From a virus (Duplodnaviria; Caudoviricetes): a stretch of 64,000 bases of DNA. The notes beneath the pieces are model-generated. The model ran no database searches and had not been told where the DNA came from. It was given only the letters and a program-made list of their open reading frames with translations. Of the stretch, positions 59,318-64,000 are shown piece by piece (within the stretch, counting starts at the first letter, position 1; every line of letters starts with the position of its first letter). A program made the position numbers and the translations under genes. The stretch lies in the IMG/VR virus record IMGVR_UViG_3300031957_001675, positions 1,576 through 65,575 of that record; one strand, written 5' to 3'.

Positions 59318-62300
59318 TTACTCCGAATCTATGACGTTTAAGTTTGTATCAGTAGAATCAGTCGGTACTGCAACTGTTGGTGATGTAACTCTGATAACAA
59401 CAGGGTAATCACCATCAATTGTTGTTGATATTGTGTTTTTAACACCTTCATAAAAACTATTATTTAGAGCAGTAACGTGTTGATATTCTGGGTCTAAATC
59501 AGTTTCTACCAAAGACTTAGAACTATAGAAGTTTACATATCTATCAAGTGATGTTAATTGACTCTGTGCATAATGTGCTGAACTTGTATAGTAAAATTTA
59601 TATTGTTGATTAAGTTCTGATTTTCTATTATCAAGTATAATAGAACCTGTTGGCTCACTAAATACTTTATTTGGTCCACCAAATTTAGCAGAACCGCTTA
59701 TATAAAGAGTTTCATCATTTACATATTTGTGTAGTGATTGATTCAATGTATATAAAGATGGTGTTCTGAAAGTTGCAGAACTATCGATTTCACCTGTATA
59801 ATTTGGATATTCAGTTTCGATTGTAATTATAGAACCACTTTGTTCTTGTTCACCGTATGCTGATGTATCTACAAAACGTGATATATTAATATTATCTTCG
59901 TACGAAGGTTGAGTTACAGTTGGATTATTTCTTTGTACTGGTGATTTAGACCTTTCAAATATATTACCTTCAATCAATGTACCCATTTGAGATTTTGCTC
60001 TTGCAGGTACAAGTTTTCTCAACTGTTTAAATACAGATTGGTCATAGTATTTAATAATATGCATATAGTCCCAAAACGTAGCACTACCAGATGTGTATTT
60101 CTGAAAGTATTGTTTTGAAATATCACGTAGTCCAGAATAACTTTCATCAAATACATCTCTTGGGTCACCCAAGTATTGATTAAAATCTAAATTAGCAAAT
60201 GATGAAATTATATCTTCATTAACAACATCAACGGGTGAAAAATAAATACCAAGTTTTGGTGAATCAAGAGGAGCAAAATCATTTGAACTTACATCATATC
60301 TCTCATTTATACTTAATGATGCACCACTACCACTTAGAAAATTATTTTCAATTCTAATCTTAGTGGCATTTCTACGATTTGGACCAGAATTAGGTATAAT
60401 TGTTTTTGTTTTATCTACTACACTTTCAAACGTATTCTCACCGTCAAAACCAAAAGCACTACCTGTTTGTGTAGTTGTTTGGTTTGCCTTTACATCTCTG
60501 ATGCTATCACCGTCTGATAATGTTTTATTATCATCAAACGAAAATCTTCTTGATACATTATAATATGATGAAGACGGTGTATTACCAGTGTATGATTTTG
60601 GATTTGATACGTGAAGATTAAATGACTCTTCTTTTAGTGGTTCACTTAACAATCTAAACTCCATCATCGAACCACCAAATCTATCGGCATTGAAAACACC
60701 TGATGCTGTACCACTATTGTCACCACCTATATATAAATTACCACTACCCGTCCACGAAGCGTTGTATGATTGAGAAGCTGAGCCTGTAATATGAAGTGTT
60801 GATTTTGAAGAATGTACTATTCTATCTACACCAGAGTCATATTTCTTAACATATAAATCATAGTTAAAATTATCATTTATAGAATCTGTATTTGATGAAA
60901 CTTTTCTTAACGATATATCATCCCAGAAAATGGTTGTTTGAGGTTTTAGATTTTCAAATCGTACACCCAAATTAGCAGTATTTGGAAACTTCATTGTTTT
61001 TTCAACAACGATTTGTTTCCACTCTGTTTCATTCAATCCGACTTGTTCAGATGATTTTATACCACCATCTTGTAAACTATATTCAAATTCTTGGTCCCAA
61101 TTAACGATTTCTTCATTTGAATCTAATTCAAATAAACTAAGTCTACCGACAGAATCAACTACACTCGAAGAAACTTTTGCATATGCAGAAAACATAAATG
61201 TTTCACCTTGACTTACACTCGCTGCAGATATGTTATCAGTTATATCGTTTGATGGTTTTTTATAAAATTTTGAAAATGAAGAACCGTCATATGATGTATT
61301 AATATGACTCAAACTTTTTGTACCAGACTTAGCTACATTAGAACTACTTACTATTTGTATATCACCATTTTCTGCATTTGATATACCTTTTATAAAAGGT
61401 GGATTAAATAGACTTGCGGTTTCAATTGAGGGAAATAAAAATAACTCAGGTTCAATTTTAGTTTTTCTCAACATAACAGAATGATACTCACCATCGTAGA
61501 TTGGTAATAAAGAAGAACTTATTTCTTGTAAACCAAAAGAACCAGTGAGCATGAATGCTACAGTACCTTTATTATCAGTAGAATTATTATCTTTTAATTT
61601 TATTGCCCAATCTGTATCTTTTTGTACGAGTATTTGGTCTGAACCCGAAACTGCTCTAAATCTAAACTCAACAGTATCTGGTTTTCTATTCGTAGTATCA
61701 TCATCATCCCAAGATGTCAAAACGTATTGAGCACCTTTAAATCTTAACGCTCTTGTAAACTTTCTAGCTATTTCAAATTGTGCTTTTTGATTTTGTTTTT
61801 GTAAACCACCGTATTCTCTAACACGTAGTATACTACTTGGTATACCATAACAATTCAATACACCCTTCAATGCACCTAATGTACCTTTTGCTTTTAATAA
61901 GTATGGCATACTTGCTATTAATCTTTTTGTAATCTCTTTTGATATATCACCTTCAGGTGGTGAACTTAAAGAACCTGATGTGTAGAGTGAATAAGTCGAA
62001 CCAGTAAGTTTTTGGCCAAAAGCAATTTGACTTAAATCTAATAAGTCTTTACCATCTTGCTGAGTCCAACCTAAAGACTTTGCTATATTCAAAACTAACT
62101 CTTTAGAAAAGCCTTCAGATAAATCATTTTGTCTATCTGTAATTTCTGACATTGCTGTAGTGTATGACCATATCTCGTCAAACTGTTGACCAATCATATC
62201 AAGAAAATCAAAAAATTGTTTGTTCTCAATATCTTCTTTTACGTGTGTTGGTAACAAATTTACTAATCTATTTTGATTATCTATATCATATAAAGAAGCA

Positions 62301-63583
62301 CTATACAGTTGACCAGTTTTACTACCTATACTACCATACCAATCTGTAAATGTTGAATTAGATGAGCTTACTGGTACAAATGGGTCATCATAAGTACCAC
62401 TACCTGTTTTAGGCCAACTAGCATTTGGAAACTCGCCTATTGAACTTGTAACATAAGATGATTCTGTATTATAAAGATAGTTTTCGTAACCATCGAAGTT
62501 AGTTTTTAAGTTTCTTATTTTATTATCAACAATAGTTAAGTCTCTTTGAGAATTAGATATATTAACTAATGAAGCACTTTCAGCTGTATATGATTCAAGT
62601 AATTCAATTTTATATTTAAAGTTCTCCAATCGTTTTTTAGCAGATGAAAAATTAATAAAATTATCATAGTTTGAATACTCAATATTTAATTCTTTTGGTT
62701 TTTCAGCTAAAAATTTATCTTCTATTTCTTTTTGTAATCTTTCATCACTCGTAACTAAATCATTATAATTTTTAAATTCAGTTGAACGTTTTGTAATTGG
62801 AGAATCTACTTGAGCTGAATCAGGTACTCTTAATACCAACACGTCTTCATCTTCTTGGTCGTATGGTTTTAACTCTACTGTTTCTGTTACTTGTGGTAAA
62901 ATTTCTTTAACTATATATACTTTATCTTTTTCTTCAATATCATCTGGTAAAGGTTCGTATAATTTATATACAGCTGAAAATGGTGAGTCTTCAAAGGTTT
63001 CTCTATCAGTTTTTACATTAGTAGTGAGTAACATATTATCATCACCAAAGTGTAAAAATGTATTTAAATCTCTTTTATTGTTTATATTATATGTTATAGT
63101 AGCATTACGAAATAAATCTATTGGTGTTAATCTATCTTCTATAATTTGACTACTAAGTTTATTTTTTAATTCATTCCAAGAAGTACTTAAACTTATTTCA
63201 TCATTTTTAATATCAGTAATTGATGAAACATATGGTATATAAATAGGTATTCTATCATCAACTATAGAATCTATTGAAAATAAAAACTCTTCTACAGGTA
63301 ATTTTTCAGTACCTGGGTCTGCATCACCACCTTGTTTTACTTCTTTTGTTGGGGTGAGTGTAAGTAAATAATCACCATTATTTTTAGCTTCTACTTGTAA
63401 GTAATTTGTTAGTGTGAAAACAACTTGACTACCTTGACCACTACTAACATTAATCTTACTACCATCAGGTATTGTTAACGACCAGCGATAACCGTCAGCT
63501 ACAGTAGTTGTCTCAAATGAAATAGCACTATCAAGTTTACCTACATTACCACTATTTAATCCGTTGTTTGTTAATCTAATCAT
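59318..63583 (-). CDS. Baseplate wedge-like protein (1421 aa) with LamG-like and carbohydrate-binding-like domains
   Basis: AKSLGW...YLLKAKGT..ALK..LNCYGIP wedge motif; TVEFRFR...DGEYHSV...LYIGG...F.G.MMEFR LamG pattern with an inserted FSAYAK...EWKQI...FWDDISL module. Confidence 0.65.
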   Translation of the reverse strand: MIRLTNNGLNSGNVGKLDSAISFETTTVADGYRWSLTIPDGSKINVSSGQGSQVVFTLTNYLQVEAKNNGDYLLTLTPTKEVKQGGDADPGTEKLPVEEFLFSIDSIVDDRIPIYIPYVSSITDIKNDEISLSTSWNELKNKLSSQIIEDRLTPIDLFRNATITYNINNKRDLNTFLHFGDDNMLLTTNVKTDRETFEDSPFSAVYKLYEPLPDDIEEKDKVYIVKEILPQVTETVELKPYDQEDEDVLVLRVPDSAQVDSPITKRSTEFKNYNDLVTSDERLQKEIEDKFLAEKPKELNIEYSNYDNFINFSSAKKRLENFKYKIELLESYTAESASLVNISNSQRDLTIVDNKIRNLKTNFDGYENYLYNTESSYVTSSIGEFPNASWPKTGSGTYDDPFVPVSSSNSTFTDWYGSIGSKTGQLYSASLYDIDNQNRLVNLLPTHVKEDIENKQFFDFLDMIGQQFDEIWSYTTAMSEITDRQNDLSEGFSKELVLNIAKSLGWTQQDGKDLLDLSQIAFGQKLTGSTYSLYTSGSLSSPPEGDISKEITKRLIASMPYLLKAKGTLGALKGVLNCYGIPSSILRVREYGGLQKQNQKAQFEIARKFTRALRFKGAQYVLTSWDDDDTTNRKPDTVEFRFRAVSGSDQILVQKDTDWAIKLKDNNSTDNKGTVAFMLTGSFGLQEISSSLLPIYDGEYHSVMLRKTKIEPELFLFPSIETASLFNPPFIKGISNAENGDIQIVSSSNVAKSGTKSLSHINTSYDGSSFSKFYKKPSNDITDNISAASVSQGETFMFSAYAKVSSSVVDSVGRLSLFELDSNEEIVNWDQEFEYSLQDGGIKSSEQVGLNETEWKQIVVEKTMKFPNTANLGVRFENLKPQTTIFWDDISLRKVSSNTDSINDNFNYDLYVKKYDSGVDRIVHSSKSTLHITGSASQSYNASWTGSGNLYIGGDNSGTASGVFNADRFGGSMMEFRLLSEPLKEESFNLHVSNPKSYTGNTPSSSYYNVSRRFSFDDNKTLSDGDSIRDVKANQTTTQTGSAFGFDGENTFESVVDKTKTIIPNSGPNRRNATKIRIENNFLSGSGASLSINERYDVSSNDFAPLDSPKLGIYFSPVDVVNEDIISSFANLDFNQYLGDPRDVFDESYSGLRDISKQYFQKYTSGSATFWDYMHIIKYYDQSVFKQLRKLVPARAKSQMGTLIEGNIFERSKSPVQRNNPTVTQPSYEDNINISRFVDTSAYGEQEQSGSIITIETEYPNYTGEIDSSATFRTPSLYTLNQSLHKYVNDETLYISGSAKFGGPNKVFSEPTGSIILDNRKSELNQQYKFYYTSSAHYAQSQLTSLDRYVNFYSSKSLVETDLDPEYQHVTALNNSFYEGVKNTISTTIDGDYPVVIRVTSPTVAVPTDSTDTNLNVIDSE

Positions 63584-63590
63584 TTGTTTA

Positions 63591-64000
63591 TTATCCTACA
63601 CTTATAAATGCTGGTATATGTAAAGTACTTGGTTGACCGTCTTTAGGTTCAATTGTTAATTTAACACCAACGTTTAAATGTTTTTGATGTAGTCTTATTG
63701 TTACTTCACTACCATTACTAGAGTCTATAATTAATTTTAACGGTGAGGAAATTTCTGCACTTGGTTCTACAAATTCAACATCTCCTTTTGTATTAGAAGA
63801 GCTCCATGCTGTGATTCTACTGTAATCCTTTGGATTTGAATCATAATCCCAACCAGTTAATTCCCAAGTGTATTTAGTTGCCACGTTTGGTTTACTTGAA
63901 TTACTTTTTAGAGTAATAGTATTTGGACTATCTGGACCTTGCCATGTGTACTGTACACGACCTCCTTTTTTCTGTAACTCTTGAATATTCGAAATATTTT
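63591..64000 (-). CDS. C-terminal part of a structural gene that starts beyond the window
   Basis: The frame remains open upstream of 63884 toward the window edge. Confidence 0.55.
   Translation of the reverse strand, partial: NISNIQELQKKGGRVQYTWQGPDSPNTITLKSNSSKPNVATKYTWELTGWDYDSNPKDYSRITAWSSSNTKGDVEFVEPSAEISSPLKLIIDSSNGSEVTIRLHQKHLNVGVKLTIEPKDGQPSTLHIPAFISVG

Noticed and set aside
5968-62349. Remaining short plus-strand and nested ORFs in the track
   Set aside because: They overlap well-supported minus-strand genes and show no recognisable motifs.
1-64000. Genome-wide stop codon reassignment
   Set aside because: Core genes are intact under the standard code, and TGA and TAG both end genes at expected positions. 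Only one in-frame TGA was found.
1-64000. tRNA, rRNA, intron or intein
   Set aside because: Intergenic gaps are too short and no cloverleaf was seen. Terminase, portal, capsid and primase show no insertion-sized extra sequence.

Overview
A 64 kb, AT-rich segment of a large T4-like (myovirus-type) bacteriophage genome. It is almost entirely minus-strand and tightly packed, with frequent TAATG/ATGA overlaps and GGAG Shine-Dalgarno sites. It holds the virion morphogenesis core: terminase gp17, portal gp20, protease gp21, scaffold gp22, capsid gp23, neck/tail-completion gp13-15, and baseplate and fibre genes. It also encodes a phage ribosomal protein bS21, a GH108 endolysin, a fused Mre11/Rad50 (gp47-gp46), a primase and a resolvase-like nuclease. 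Secreted proteins with a T9SS C-terminal domain, a PorV-like barrel and Gln-starting mature N-termini point to an FCB-superphylum host (inference). Three candidate novel systems stand out. (1) A gene missed by the ORF track (31553-31128) has an in-frame UGA followed by an E. coli fdhF-like SECIS hairpin, making it a candidate phage selenoprotein. (2) About 13 genes with IKLKxIL.E leaders and/or internal [ILVM]-x-E junctions look like capsid-packaged polyproteins cut by the prohead protease, carrying kinase, nucleotidyltransferase, TraB/TIKI-like, ligase, Nudix and HEXXH domains. (3) An envelope cassette behind a putative late promoter encodes a cohesin/dockerin T9SS cargo, a PorV-like barrel, CsgG-like proteins and another beta-barrel. 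All family assignments come from motif recognition by eye; no searches were run.
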